From assembly GCA_964035575.1 (NCBI GenBank), contig OZ037835.1, positions 1,488,001-1,552,000 on the forward strand: 64,000 nt of DNA, in the 5' to 3' direction. The notes under the pieces were generated by a model. It was not told where the DNA came from. It was given only the letters and a program-made list of their open reading frames with translations, and did not search any database. Positions within the stretch are counted from its first letter, which is position 1, and each line of letters begins with the position of its first letter. The stretch is from Rhynchopus sp. YZ270_cl-10. Lineage: Eukaryota. This document shows positions 22,587-34,686 of the stretch, one piece after another. The translations under genes and the position numbers were made by a program.

Positions 22587-24032
22587 CATAGGTGCCCGGC
22601 GAGTTAAAAACAACTCGGCAACTCGCCCAAATTCGCCCAACAACTCGCCCATTTTTTTTGGGCGAGTTGATTTTTTTTGGCATTTTTTATACACAGGTAC
22701 ACAGGTACACAGGTACACAGGTACACAGGTACACAGGTACACAGGTACACAGGTACACAGGTACACAGGTACACAGGTACACAGGTACACAGGTACACAG
22801 GTACACAGGTACACAGGTACACAGGTACACAGGTACACAGGTACACAGGTACACAGGTACACAGGTACACAGGTACACAGGTACACAGGTACACAGGTAC
22901 ACAGGTACACAGGTACACAGGTACACAGGTACACAGGTACACAGGTACACAGGTACACAGGTACACAGGTACACAGGTACACAGGTACACAGGTACACAG
23001 GTACACAGGTACACAGGTACACAGGTACACAGGTACACAGGTACACAGGTACACAGGTACACAGGTACACAGGTACACAGGTACACAGGTACACAGGTAC
23101 ACAGGTACACAGGTACACAGGTACACAGGTACACAGGTACACAGGTACACAGGTACACAGGTACACAGGTACACAGGTACACAGGTACACAGGTACACAG
23201 GTACACAGGTACACAGGTACACAGGTACACAGGTACACAGGTACACAGGTACACAGGTACACAGGTACACAGGTACACAGGTACACAGGTACACAGGTAC
23301 ACAGGTACACAGGTACACAGGTGCACAGGTGCACAGGTGCACAGGTGCACCACATCACATTTTATCTTGTGCATCTCAGCTTGAACGACTCTTTGCCGCT
23401 TCACAGCTGGTCTGTGAATGTGCGCTTTGGGTGGTTTTGTATGCTTTGTATCCCAAGGGAAGTCGTCGCCCAAAGCATTTTGACTGAACGTGCGAACGTT
23501 GTGAACCTGGAATCGATAGCAGACAGGAAAAGAGGATGAGCAGGCGGCGCCTGCCCGACCTGTGTGAAGTGAATCAGTGATTGCCTGACAGATGTCTGGG
23601 GAACCGTGTGTTCTGTGTGGGTAGCCATGTACGGAGAAAATCCCATTCCCCCCAGCAATTACCAAAAACCGTGAGTGTGCACGGTGACCCATGGACCACC
23701 ACGACCTAGTTACCACCTATGACTAGTCATATGACAAGGTGCATGTAATGAGTGGCGTTTGGCCTTAGCCCTGGTTGTTTTTCTTGAGATCATGTGTTGT
23801 ACCAACGTTACATGTGTGTAACCTTACAACGTCCCCTCCCATCCCTGTATGTTTTTGCCTGTAAAAATGGGCGAGTTGTGGCCGAGTTGTGGGCGAGTTG
23901 TGCCGAGTATAGGGCGAGTTGTGCCGAGTATAGGGCGAGTTGTGGCCGAGTTGTGCGAGTTTTGGGCGAGTTGTTTGGTAAAATCGTGGAGTTCGGACAA
24001 CTCGCCCAAAAACGACTCGGCCGGCACCTATG
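22587..24032. mobile_element. TIR element, CATAGG termini, 6-bp TSD CCTAGG, carrying a satellite
   Basis: CATAGGTGCC ... GGCACCTATG; CCTAGG at 22581-22586 and 24033-24038; GGCGAGTTG subterminal repeats. Confidence 0.88.
22691..23350. repeat. Tandem repeat (ACACAGGT)n, ~79 copies plus a few GCACAGGT variants
   Basis: Read directly from the sequence. Confidence 0.98.
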
Positions 24033-24335
24033 CCTAGGGGGGGGGGGGAAAGAAATAATCTATACCGTCCGTAGTGCAAAGGCTTCGGCCAACATTGAGT
24101 ACAGACCCTATTAGCCCCCAGTGGGTTCTTGGGTGATTGTCTGAATGAAAGTTGCGATGAAAAAAAAATGGAGTGGAATGTGGAGCCCCGTATGTTCCCG
24201 TGTTGCGACCGTGTTGGGGTTCGGTTTTAAAGCGTTTTAAGTCCATATGTCTGGTATTCAAAGTTTACGTATATTCAAGAGGTGTGCTTAGCCATTGCAA
24301 TACTTTGCTCGTTGTAGGAACAGGAAAGAAAACTA

Positions 24336-24457
24336 CCGTATATCGTACAAATTATCGACCGTAAAAAAAGGTCGAACTTCCAGAAAAATCCTGAAAAGGT
24401 CGAACATTTTTTACGGTCGAATATTAGTACGGTCGATAATTTTTTGTACGAATACGG
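24336..24457. mobile_element. 122-bp Tc1/mariner-like MITE, TA TSD
   Basis: TA|CCGTATATCGTACAAATTATCGACCGTA ... TACGGTCGATAATTTTTTGTACGAATACGG|TA; absent from the paralogous site at ~39200. Confidence 0.85.
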
Positions 24458-25379
24458 TAAATTGTTGTCACGGACTGTTCCGACAACCTTGTCTTTTGTT
24501 TATTTATTTTTTTTTTATTCCTCTCCCCCCTTCAAGGATCCCTCCTTGTCAGCAACTCCAAGGTGCAAAACTCCGGGGGGGGGTTCGAAACCCCCCGCGG
24601 AGTGTCAGTGCCTGCGTCCCGGAGGCGTTTTGCACTATCTAGCTTCACTCTTTTGTGGAGTCAGGCCAGCTTATTGCACACAGGAGAGCTGCTACATCCA
24701 GGGGGTGATATGTGCTGGCCTGTAAATGACTTCTCGAGCCCGCATTGCACTTCGCGGTTAGCCCCAAGGGAAGACACCCTTCCTCAGTAGCGGAGGATGA
24801 TAGGCTTACTAATCCACTCCCACTCCCACCCCACCCCGTGTGCGCCCTGTTTGTTTTTCACTGTATACATGGCATCATTCTTCAGAAGCTCAGTAAGATA
24901 TGCTTACTATTCACCCCTACACTTCTACACTGTTCCTTGCCGCAAGGCAAGGAACAGTGTAGAAGTGACTGTAGAAACAGGAGGGGTTTTTGTGTCTCAG
25001 CAAACAAATAAATCATGTCAGAGAGGTATTTAAAAAAAAAAAATAGTGGAGCTCCCTGCCTCGGAGCGGTCAGCACATAAGGGCAAAATGCTTTGTGGCG
25101 AGAAATGATGCAAACGTCTGAGACCTTTTTTATGGAACTGAAACGACTCCCTCCCCCTGTTTTTGTTTTTTTGTGCGAGTATGCTGGACGATAAAACAAT
25201 GAGGCGCGTGTTTGTTTTATCAAACAGATTTTATTCTCCGCCCCGTACCCAAAACGTAAACACCACTTTCAATCAGGAAAAATATTTTCTCCTTTTTTTC
25301 TTCTACACGCGCTGGTTTTTGTGTTCGATAATTTTTATTACAAAGCTTTCCGTTTCCCTATGTATTGCACGGGAAACAA

Positions 25380-26590
25380 CCGTCCTGGCCGACGCATGGT
25401 GCAGCACCCTCCGACAGCAACGACCACGCAAGAGTGGGCAGTGGCGTAGCGGGGGTTTCTCGTCCTTTGTTCGGTGTGGAGCAACTTGACGTGGTGACGG
25501 GAACGAAGGATCTTCAGGCAGGTGCAGCTTCCAGACGTGGAGGTTGTGACGGACAGGAATCTACACTACACTAGTGCGCCCGCTGTGTAGTTTTCCCTGC
25601 AATGTGACGACGACGAGCCCACTGAGCCTGTATGACACATACGGATGTACCTGGGATCGGCTTCCCTGCTGAGGAGGCGTTGTTTTCTATGGGACGCTGT
25701 TCACGACGATGCGGATCCGGAGCTGCAGGATTGCGGTGTGTGTACGATTGAACGCACGCTGGAAGAAGCAGCTGTACTACATCATAGTCTGGCTGTGGAG
25801 GTGACGTTGATGTGTACCATGGAACCGGTCCATCATGGGTGGCTGATGACCCGCCAGGTGCAGCTGATCATCGCGTGTACGTGGACTTGTGTTTTTATCC
25901 TTTGTTCATCCTTCATTTAAAGCCACGTCGTGAGCAGTGCGACTCGGAAGGTGGACAAGCTGCGAGGGGACCCAGCCCAGCTGCTCTATACCCACCCCCT
26001 GCACATGTTCCCCGCCATCCGCCGCTGGAAGCAACGCGGAGTGGCGTTCAGTGTGTCAGACATCCGCAGCCTGGGACGGACCTCTGTACTCCCTCGAGAT
26101 ACGCGACCACTCCTGGAAGCGAGAGGCCCTGCAACACTTGGCGATGATGGGTGCCGTGTGGGACATGCTGGTTGTGTCGCCACCAGGAGGTCGACACCCT
26201 CCTTACCTCTGTAGAGGAACCGGGTGTCCGCCCGATGCCGAAACATTGGCTGTCCTGAGCTACGGTCCCTGGAGACGTCTCACCCCCTGAGTGGTGTTAC
26301 GCACCCCTGCTCGAGCACCGTTGTGAGTGCCTCCCTCCGCAAACACGAGCGAGCACCTGGTGCCTTGCAGCATCCGTGTATGCGATTGGTGTGGCCCGTG
26401 CGCTATCGAAGGTGCGACACGGGGTTGGACGTGCTTCGGGACATCCGTATGCACCTCTCGGTGGTGGGAGCGTGAGCTGCTAGCTGCTGAGGGACACCTC
26501 CTGCAAGCAATGCCAGCGCATCGGATCGCAAGGGCACATTGCGCAAGGCTGAGGCAGAGCACCCCTCACCCAGAACAAAGAAAGTGAGAG
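25380..26590 (+). pseudogene. Probable decayed protein-coding gene of unknown family
   Basis: GC-rich island with the same GTG/CTG-rich style as the intact genes, but broken into short overlapping ORFs. Confidence 0.45.
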
Positions 26591-26875
26591 AGAGATAAGA
26601 AGTCCAGAAAAATAGGCAAAAGAGAGAAAGCAAAGAGATTTTGACAAAAATAAAATAAAATAAAATAGGGGCAATATACGGGTTTACGGGTTTACCACAA
26701 TAACCGTTCCCTGGTCACAGACTTTATTGCAGTGGTCTTGTCCACCAAGGACGTTTCATCACCTGACCCAACACAAAGACTGATGTCCCCATTCTCTGTT
26801 GTGTTACCGCACACCTTTCTCTCCCTATGTTGTACAAGCCACACAAGCACCCACCACAGGCCCCCTCCCTTTCTT

Positions 26876-29800
26876 ATGACTCGATATCACACGCTGTTGG
26901 TGCTGTTACTGCAAAGTGTCTTCGCACCTGCCTATGTATTGATGCCCAGCGGCTGCACAGACTCCGGGTGCTGGATGAAGTGCGGTGGGTGGCGAGACCG
27001 GAACTCTGCTCAGGATTGGTACGGCTACTTCCTGTACTCTGCCGAGGGGTCGCCACTGGCAAAGGAGATCAACGGCGGTGAGGACGAGAATGTGTTTGTG
27101 TGGAAGCTTGGGATACCGGAAGGGGGCAGTCTTGTGGATGGGTGGACGCTGACACGGAACGGCACCTTCGTGACTGCGTTGAACAGCAGTGCTGACTTTA
27201 AGTACACAGAGCTGCTGAAGATGACAGGTGTGCCCAGTGTGACGCAGATGCCTGACGACTTCTCTGCAGTCGGGAATTTGGAGAACACACACTTCATATC
27301 TGTGACCTCGTCGACATCTTTGCGGTACGGGCCCACCCCGCTCCAGGCAAGGGACATGACCTCATATGATGTAACCGTCACGGCTGTGCACGCCCTGCAG
27401 TCGCTGTACCTCGTGGAGGTTGTGCACAGTGCGTCCAGTTGGACTGCAGTCTGGTGTCTTGCGCTCGACGGCACGCTACACCCCGTCATCCCCACAGCGT
27501 GCACGGCGCTGTCGACGGCACACAACCCCGTGAAGGTGCTGACACACGCAGACAGCTTCGCGGTGCTCTACCCAGACGGGACAGTGCAGGCAAGCAGCGT
27601 CGGAGCTCTCTCCTCGGTGTCGGACCTCTTCGTCGTGGACGGCGTCTACTACGCGCTCGTGAACAACACAATACAGACCTGGGGTGCGCTGTCCTCCGAA
27701 ACCACGCCGGTTGTGCCGTCACACCCGTTCAACTTTGTGCCGTACTTCGGGAACACGATCTTCTATGCGAATGCGGAGGGTGGGGTGGTTTTGAACAGGG
27801 ACAGCACAGTGTCGGTGTGGGGCGACGGCTCGCACAGCACGGTGCAGACACGCTTTGTGGATGTGGAGAATGTATACGTGAACTCGGGTGCGTTTGTGCT
27901 GCTGCACTCCGACATGACGGTGACTGCGTGGGGGAAGGCGAGCTGTGGCGGGGACTCGTCGAGTGTGGATCATCTGTTTGGGTCTGTCGTCGGCCAGATT
28001 GCGACACACCCGGCAAGCCGTGCCTTTGCTGTCCTCAACGCAACAGGCCACGTCATCTCGTGGGGTGGTGGTGATGCATATTCAGTAAGTTCCTACATCT
28101 CTACGTACAACTACACCCTCATCAATGCTCTACCCACAGGGTTCGTGGGCCACAGATGGGTAGACACTGCAGTACTGCGGTGGGGTGACCTTCCTAGTGC
28201 CATCGGTCAGTGCACTTCGTTTTTGTATCCTCAGTCATGTGACGCTTTCCGTTGCAAACATGGGTGGTGGAAGCCGAATCCTGCAGAGATCGTGTGCGAC
28301 TGGAGCACTCCGTATGAAGACTGCACAGAGGCAACCTGCTGTGTGGTACCTGTAACAGCTGCACCCCCAACACCAGAACCAACATCTGCACCTGATACGC
28401 AGGTTCCAACCACGTCGCCAACAAGCATCCCCCCGACACTGCCGCCAGCAACATCTGCACCAGTGACATCTGCACCAGCAACAGCACCGCCGACAGCGCC
28501 TACTTCAAAGCCGACAACGCAGGTACCTGCAACGGCGGCTCCACAGGACAGCGCCGCACCACTACCACCCCCAACAGAGTCACCTACAGCTCGGACAGTG
28601 CCACCCAAGACAGGTACACCCAAGACAGAGCCACCCAACACAGGTACACCCACTCAGTCACCCACAACAGAGTCACCTACAGCTCGGACAGTGCCACCCA
28701 AGACAGAGCCACCCAAGACAGGTACACCCAAGACAGAGCCACCCAACACAGGTACACCCACTCAGTCACCCACAACAGAGTCACCTACAGCTCGGACAGT
28801 GCCACCCAAGACAGAGCCACCCAACACAGGTACACCCACTCAGTCACCCACAACAGAGTCACCACCGCACACAATTACGCCACCCCTGACAGGGACTCCT
28901 TCAGGGGCCACTATCACATCAGAGTCTCCTTCGGTGGAGACACCGGCACCACCGATGGAGGACACAGACACACCGATGCCATCTGCTGAGACAGCGCAAC
29001 CAACATTCTCACCGGGCCAGGACTTGGACACAAAAACGCCAAGTGTGCTGGAGACGGATACGCCTGCAACTGGCACGGCTTCTGCGTCCTCTGGCAGCAC
29101 GGTTGTGGCAGTGCTTGTGACTGCAGGTGTTTGTATCGTGTCTGCGTTGTCTTACGTCTCCTATCGGCGCTGTGTCACGCAGCGGGGCAGAATGGACAAC
29201 GCGGAGTCTTTTGTGGAGATGCAAACGGGGCTCATAAGCTCAGTCCTACAAGAGAACCCTGAGTTTGCTCCTGATGTTCTCTCTGCTGAATTGCTGGGAA
29301 CGGTGCAGAGCACTGGTGAGAGTGTGCCGGTGAGTCTTCCCTCGGGTCCCAGTGTCGAAGGCCCATCAGACCCTGTGTACGCGTCGTGGGTGAAGGACCG
29401 CGAGGTCGGCAGTGGTGCCTACGGTGTTGTGTACGTCGGGCACCTGTCGGACGGGCGTGTGGTGGCGATGAAGGAGCAGACCTCTGCGACACGTGCAGAT
29501 GCAGACGAGGCAGTTGCGAACCTGGAGCTGCTGCGCCGTCTGCGCCACCCACACCTGACGGAGATGTACGACGTGTGCTACGACGTGCCTGGACGGCGCA
29601 TCTGCTGGCTCATGGAGTTCGTCTCGGGTGGGTCGCTTGGTGCATACGTGCGCAACCTTGGGCACAAGCTGGAGGAGGCGAAGGTGGTGTTCTACATGCG
29701 GCAGGTCCTGCAGGCAGTGAACTTCCTGCACATGAACAACGTTGTGCACCGTGACATCAAGGGCGAGAACATTCTCCTCACACGTGAGGGCACTGCGAAG

Positions 29801-31183
29801 CTCTGCGACTTTGGCTCCATCAAATGCTGCGACAGCAACGGGAACGTACATTATACAATTAACAACAAAGCCACTGAAAGCAGGGTCCGCACACAGATGA
29901 TGAGCACACGGCACAACACCTTGATGGGAACACCGAACTGGATGGCACCCGAGATGCTTGGGCAGCTGACTGGGTTCGTGGAGGCGGGGCCTGCGTGCGA
30001 CATCTTCAGCTTCGGGAGCACTGTGTCTGAGGTGTTGAACGAGGGTGTGCCTCCTGGGAACTTTGAGGGTGCGTGGGTGCATCTGGTCAAGACGATGCAG
30101 TTCCCGCCTGTGAACATGGTGCAGGACGTGTCGCCTGAGGCCACAAGCTTCCTGTGTGCGTGTCTGAAGCGTGACCCTGAGGAACGCCCCACAGCAGGAG
30201 AGCTTCTGGAGGACCGGTTCATGACACGTTGGACAGACGCCCACATGACTGTGTCAGACACGACGTCCTGCCGACTGCTCACACCTCAACAGATGCAGAC
30301 GAGACAAACAATGCGCCCACCCCTCGGGAAGGGTGCCTTCGGTGTGGTGTACAGGGCAACTGTGGACGGACGTGACGGACACGTTGCTGTGAAGGAAGTG
30401 CTGCTTGAGGTCTCACACACAAGCAAGGCACGAGAACGTGTGGAGCGTGAGTTTGTGCTGATGCGTGAGCTGCACCACCCACACATTGTGCCGTACCTCG
30501 GACACCTGTGGCGTGACGGGACGTTGCTCGAGATCTTTATGGAGTACATGCCAGGTGGGTCTGTGCGCAACCTGCTGCGTGCACGCAGGAAGGGGCTGGA
30601 CGCAGGCACGATCTGCGAGTACACGAAGCAGGTGCTTCTTGGGCTGGAGTACCTGCACAGGGGTGGGAACGGGTTTGCACCGATTGCACACCGTGACGTG
30701 AAGGCGGACAACCTGCTGCTGTCGATAGATGCGACAGTGAAGCTGTCTGACTTTGGATGCAGCAAGCTGTTTGAGTCGTCGTCTGAGGAAGTGAGCTTTG
30801 GTGCTGCTGGTGCGCAGACGTGTGTGGGGACGCCGTTCTGGATGGCGCCAGAGGTGCTGCAGCAGCGCACGGAGCGCAGTGGTGACTACGGGACACGGTG
30901 CGACGTGTGGTCGCTGGGGTGCACGGTGATTGAGATGCTGGGTGTGACACCGTGGCGAGCGAACGCACGTGAAGGCGAGCACGAGGTTCTGATGCGCATT
31001 CTGACAAGCACAGGTGGCCCGCCGATACCTGCAGCTGCGCCGCCTGCACTCACAGCCTTCCTCGCACGCTGCTTTGTGCGCGACCCTGCCTTGCGCCCGT
31101 CTGCACAGACGCTCCTCGAAGACGCTTACATCACACTTGGTGCAGACGAAGACGATGGCACAGCCTTGGAGCCTTTGCTCTGA
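26876..31183 (+). CDS. Single-pass receptor, ~1435 aa: signal peptide, RCC1/BLIP-II-like repeats, Cys-rich module, PT mucin stalk, TM helix, tandem STE11/MAP3K-like kinases
   Basis: ATG 26876 gives MTRYHTLLVLLLQSVFA; AFVLLHSDMTVTAWGKASCGGDSSSV and AFAVLNATGHVISWG repeats; SCDAFRC...CTEATCC; both kinase domains have DFG. Confidence 0.92.
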   Translation: MTRYHTLLVLLLQSVFAPAYVLMPSGCTDSGCWMKCGGWRDRNSAQDWYGYFLYSAEGSPLAKEINGGEDENVFVWKLGIPEGGSLVDGWTLTRNGTFVTALNSSADFKYTELLKMTGVPSVTQMPDDFSAVGNLENTHFISVTSSTSLRYGPTPLQARDMTSYDVTVTAVHALQSLYLVEVVHSASSWTAVWCLALDGTLHPVIPTACTALSTAHNPVKVLTHADSFAVLYPDGTVQASSVGALSSVSDLFVVDGVYYALVNNTIQTWGALSSETTPVVPSHPFNFVPYFGNTIFYANAEGGVVLNRDSTVSVWGDGSHSTVQTRFVDVENVYVNSGAFVLLHSDMTVTAWGKASCGGDSSSVDHLFGSVVGQIATHPASRAFAVLNATGHVISWGGGDAYSVSSYISTYNYTLINALPTGFVGHRWVDTAVLRWGDLPSAIGQCTSFLYPQSCDAFRCKHGWWKPNPAEIVCDWSTPYEDCTEATCCVVPVTAAPPTPEPTSAPDTQVPTTSPTSIPPTLPPATSAPVTSAPATAPPTAPTSKPTTQVPATAAPQDSAAPLPPPTESPTARTVPPKTGTPKTEPPNTGTPTQSPTTESPTARTVPPKTEPPKTGTPKTEPPNTGTPTQSPTTESPTARTVPPKTEPPNTGTPTQSPTTESPPHTITPPLTGTPSGATITSESPSVETPAPPMEDTDTPMPSAETAQPTFSPGQDLDTKTPSVLETDTPATGTASASSGSTVVAVLVTAGVCIVSALSYVSYRRCVTQRGRMDNAESFVEMQTGLISSVLQENPEFAPDVLSAELLGTVQSTGESVPVSLPSGPSVEGPSDPVYASWVKDREVGSGAYGVVYVGHLSDGRVVAMKEQTSATRADADEAVANLELLRRLRHPHLTEMYDVCYDVPGRRICWLMEFVSGGSLGAYVRNLGHKLEEAKVVFYMRQVLQAVNFLHMNNVVHRDIKGENILLTREGTAKLCDFGSIKCCDSNGNVHYTINNKATESRVRTQMMSTRHNTLMGTPNWMAPEMLGQLTGFVEAGPACDIFSFGSTVSEVLNEGVPPGNFEGAWVHLVKTMQFPPVNMVQDVSPEATSFLCACLKRDPEERPTAGELLEDRFMTRWTDAHMTVSDTTSCRLLTPQQMQTRQTMRPPLGKGAFGVVYRATVDGRDGHVAVKEVLLEVSHTSKARERVEREFVLMRELHHPHIVPYLGHLWRDGTLLEIFMEYMPGGSVRNLLRARRKGLDAGTICEYTKQVLLGLEYLHRGGNGFAPIAHRDVKADNLLLSIDATVKLSDFGCSKLFESSSEEVSFGAAGAQTCVGTPFWMAPEVLQQRTERSGDYGTRCDVWSLGCTVIEMLGVTPWRANAREGEHEVLMRILTSTGGPPIPAAAPPALTAFLARCFVRDPALRPSAQTLLEDAYITLGADEDDGTALEPLL

Positions 31184-31404
31184 CCACATGCACGGTATGC
31201 GTACTGACAGCTCTTTACGACTGTGGATGTTGGTGCACTGCTAATTGCGGGGGGTGGGGGGTTTATTTAAGGGGAGAACTGTTCCATGAAATTGTGTAAT
31301 ACGTGTGTGTGATTGAAGACAGATATAGTTTCTGCTAGCAACATTTACCGGTACGTGTATGTATTATGGTAACGTATTTTACAGTACCTACTCCCCCCCC
31401 CCGG

Positions 31405-32025
31405 AGTCTCCCCCCCGTGTATAAGTCCAGGCAGATTTGGGCTCAGGATCGGACTTATGCACAGGCCGGCTTATACACCGGTTTTGTGTACTGGTGGTGG
31501 GAGATTTTTTATTTTGGCGCGTTTTCCCGCTCGCCAAGCGCGCGGGGGGGAAATATTGGGTGTTTTTCCGCGAGCGAAGCGAGCGCAATTTATTTTATTG
31601 GCGGTGTATTCACCAGGGATCATATTCGCGACATCATCCTCACAATTCTCAAGATGCGAACCTGTTACTGCAAAATTGTGGAACATTGGACCCCAAACAG
31701 TCTCAGCAGCCAAAAAGGTGCCCCTTGTTGCTGGGAGTTGATTCTCATGTTTGATACCTGCCCAGCAGGCATTCCTCTGAGTCCAACGCATGTTTGGCCT
31801 GCGGCGTTGTACCGAAGGTGCACGAAGACGGGGTAAATTTTGCGGTGTCACATTCCCTCATGCGTGGGTCACTCACACTAAGGTCATGTGACACTGCATG
31901 GGTCTGGGTACCTGGGTGCACAAAACCGAACGGTGTATAAGTCCGAAACCCCGTGTATAAGTCCGGAGGCCCTCAGCCCCCCCAAAAATAGGACTTATAC
32001 GCAGACTTATGCACGGGGAAGGGTA
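31405..32025. mobile_element. Probable Tc1/mariner (pogo-like) MITE
   Basis: CCCCGTGTATAAGTCC ... GACTTATGCACGGGG inverted ends with internal copies of the same motif; ends imprecise. Confidence 0.55.
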
Positions 32026-32642
32026 TAAATAAAAAACCTCGGTGGGGGTAAAAACCCTCCTTAGAGTTTTGAAAATGCCAAAATCCACCTCAGTTTTTAC
32101 CCCCCATCGGTGTATGTTGTGTTGTACATGAAACAGACCCGTGCACTCCTAGCGAGAAGCGAAACCAGTGTTTTTCTTTATTTTGACTGTCATATCCTGA
32201 AGTCGTTTTCTATTTTTCTAACCCTCTCACTTTATTCAGTGACGGCACTATTTTTGGCAGTTAAAGTCCTCTATTATTTTATTGTACACAAACATACGAA
32301 GCGGTACACGTACGGTTTGTAAGGAAATAATACAAACCGAAATGATTGGGCTGTTTCGGATTGAACACTTGGAATAGTGTGTGTGGGTTCGGAAATAAAT
32401 ACTGTCTCTGTTCTGTCTTCTTCAATGTTCATTAATTCCCTTTCATAGCCCTTGGATTGTGCTCCCCGACTCCAATTCAATCAATACTCACAGAGGGGGG
32501 CCAAAAATGCAATTAGCGTTTCTCGTTTAAAAGAAAAGGGGGATGAGTCCAATGAAAATCACGTCAGTAGAAAAGTTCGAGAATGTAGGTTTTATTATTT
32601 TATCATGTTTCCGTAACTCTTTTTTTTTTTTTGTGTACGGAG

Positions 32643-32881
32643 CATGGATGGCACCCGTTACCGGGTACCGGGAATACCTGGGAATTGCCTGGGTGTAATT
32701 TTTCATTACTGGGTATTACGCGGTCCAATCGGGGTTTTGTTTGTCATTACTTCGCATTGCCGGGTACTTTCCGCGGCATTGCCGGGTGGAAAAAAAACAA
32801 TTCAGGGAATACCCAGGAATGTATCCAGGATTTTGCAGAACCAGGTAACACCTGATATCACGGTAATGGGTGACATCCAGG
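32643..32881. mobile_element. Old MITE with CATGG terminus
   Basis: CATGGATGGCACCCGTTACCG versus CGGTAATGGGTGACATCCAGG; CCGGGTA-type internal motifs; TSD degraded. Confidence 0.6.
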
Positions 32882-33380
32882 AAGGAACGTATCGTCTCCC
32901 GCGTATGGTATGGGTCGCGCAACGATTAAACACAAAAGACGAACGGGTATTGCATCATTTTCAAGGTGCTTGCACATGGCGATGCTTCAGTGCATCGCCA
33001 GTACATTCATTATTCAAGTTTTTTTTTTTGAAAACGTGGTTGTATATCATGGATGTACAAAGTACTTGATTACTTTTTTTCACTTTTTTTGGTGTACTTC
33101 AAGTACTTGATCGATTTAAAAAAAAAGAAAAAAATATTTTTTTCTTGCTTCAATGTACCGTTTTGCCTATGACACTACTGGGCACAACTAGCACCATACT
33201 CACCTGAGCTGTGCCTATATTAGGCACAATTCCAGTACAGTTTCAGCACAAGTACACACAACTAACCACAACTAACCACAATTACACCACAATTACACAC
33301 AATTACACCGAAATTACGCTGGGGAAAAAAATGGTACACCACCCTACAGGGAAGCATGCCACCACATGTAAGTGACCTCT

Positions 33381-33720
33381 GTACTGTACTGTACTGTACT
33401 GTACTGTACTGTACTGTACTGTACTGTACTGTACTGTACTGTACTGTACTGTACTGTACTGTACTGTACTGTACTGTACTGTACTGTACTGTACTGTACT
33501 GTACTGTACTGTACTGTACTGTACTGTACTGTACTGTACTGTACTGTACTGTACTGTACTGTACTGTACTGTACTGTACTGTACTGTACTGTACTGTACT
33601 GTACTGTACTGTACTGTACTGTACTGTACTGTACTGTACTGTACTGTACTGTACTGTACTGTACTGTACTGTACTGTACTGTACTGTACTGTACTGTACT
33701 GTACTGTACTGTACTGTACT
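33381..33720. repeat. Tandem repeat (GTACT)n, 68 copies
   Basis: Read directly from the sequence. Confidence 0.98.
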
Positions 33721-33734
33721 GAACTCCCAATCCC

Positions 33735-34026
33735 CTGTGTATACTGTGTATACTGTGTATACTGTGTATACTGTGTATACTGTGTATACTGTGTATACTG
33801 TGTATACTGTGTATACTGTGTATACTGTGTATACTGTGTATACTGTGTATACTGTGTATACTGTGTATACTGTGTATACTGTGTATACTGTGTATACTGT
33901 GTATACTGTGTATACTGTGTATACTGTGTATACTGTGTATACTGTGTATACTGTGTATACTGTGTATACTGTGTATACTGTGTATACTGTGTATACTGTG
34001 TATACTGTGTATACTGTGTATACTGC
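33735..34026. repeat. Tandem repeat (CTGTGTATA)n, ~32 copies
   Basis: Read directly from the sequence. Confidence 0.98.
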
Positions 34027-34686
34027 GGAATTGACCAACAACGAGAACGTGTCCATTTCGGCAAATTGACCCCACCACTGGCCGGACGGATTCCGGAAAT
34101 GCAAATGCCGGCGTTTAAAAGATTCACCAACGAAAACAGTTTTTTTTTCAACACGTACTGGTAGAAACGCGGGGAATCGGTTATGCAGCCACGCCAAAAA
34201 AAGTGCAATATTAAGAGAAATGTTATCAAAGTCTTGTTGGCCGACCTTCAGCATTATTGGGCACTAAATTTAAGATAAGAGAGCAGGAGAAACATGCAGA
34301 AAACAAAAAAAATCCGTTTTTGCACACTTACACACACGTACCCACAAGTACCAACACTTACGCACACTTACGTACACTTACGCACACGTACACACACTTA
34401 CGCAGAACTGAGCAGAACTGACCAAAACTGAGCACAATCACGCCACAATTACACCACAATTACACCACAATTACAGCACAATTACAGCGGCCCAAAACGG
34501 TACATTCAAGTACTTTTTTTCCTTCAAGTACTTTCACTTTTTTTGTACTTGATTACTTTTTTTGTTGCATCAAGTACTTGAATTGGCAAAAAAAGTAAAA
34601 AAAATGGAAAAGTACTTGAATTTATTCAAGTACTTTTCCATTTTTTTGCCGAATCAAGTACTTTATGCAAAAAAAAAAGTAATCAA

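Larger units (their letters stand above)
21035..25200 (+). repeat. Dispersed ~1.2-kb repeat family B, interrupted by three insertions
   Basis: 21035-21380 joined to 24045-25200 is collinear with the uninterrupted copy at 38613-39850. Confidence 0.85.
33153..34505. mobile_element. Nested TIR element, probable 3-bp TSD TCA, carrying two satellites
   Basis: ATGTACCGTTTTG ... CAAAACGGTACAT with TCA on both sides; CACAATTACAC repeats inside. Confidence 0.7.

Noticed and set aside
22275..23716. Long ORFs (220-370 aa) of YTGTQVHR / CVPVYLCT repeats, and similar ORFs at 33262-34254 and 35610-36096
   Set aside because: They are translations of stop-free satellites, open in several frames on both strands.
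24572..24603. B-box-like GGTTCGAAACC hairpin (also ~39290) suggesting a tRNA or SINE
   Set aside because: No cloverleaf or convincing A box upstream; consistent with a simple G/C-run hairpin inside repeat family B.
26721..26729. ACTTTATTG resembling the 3' end of the euglenozoan spliced leader (retrocopy scar)
   Set aside because: Only 9 nt match, which is plausible by chance in AT-rich DNA.
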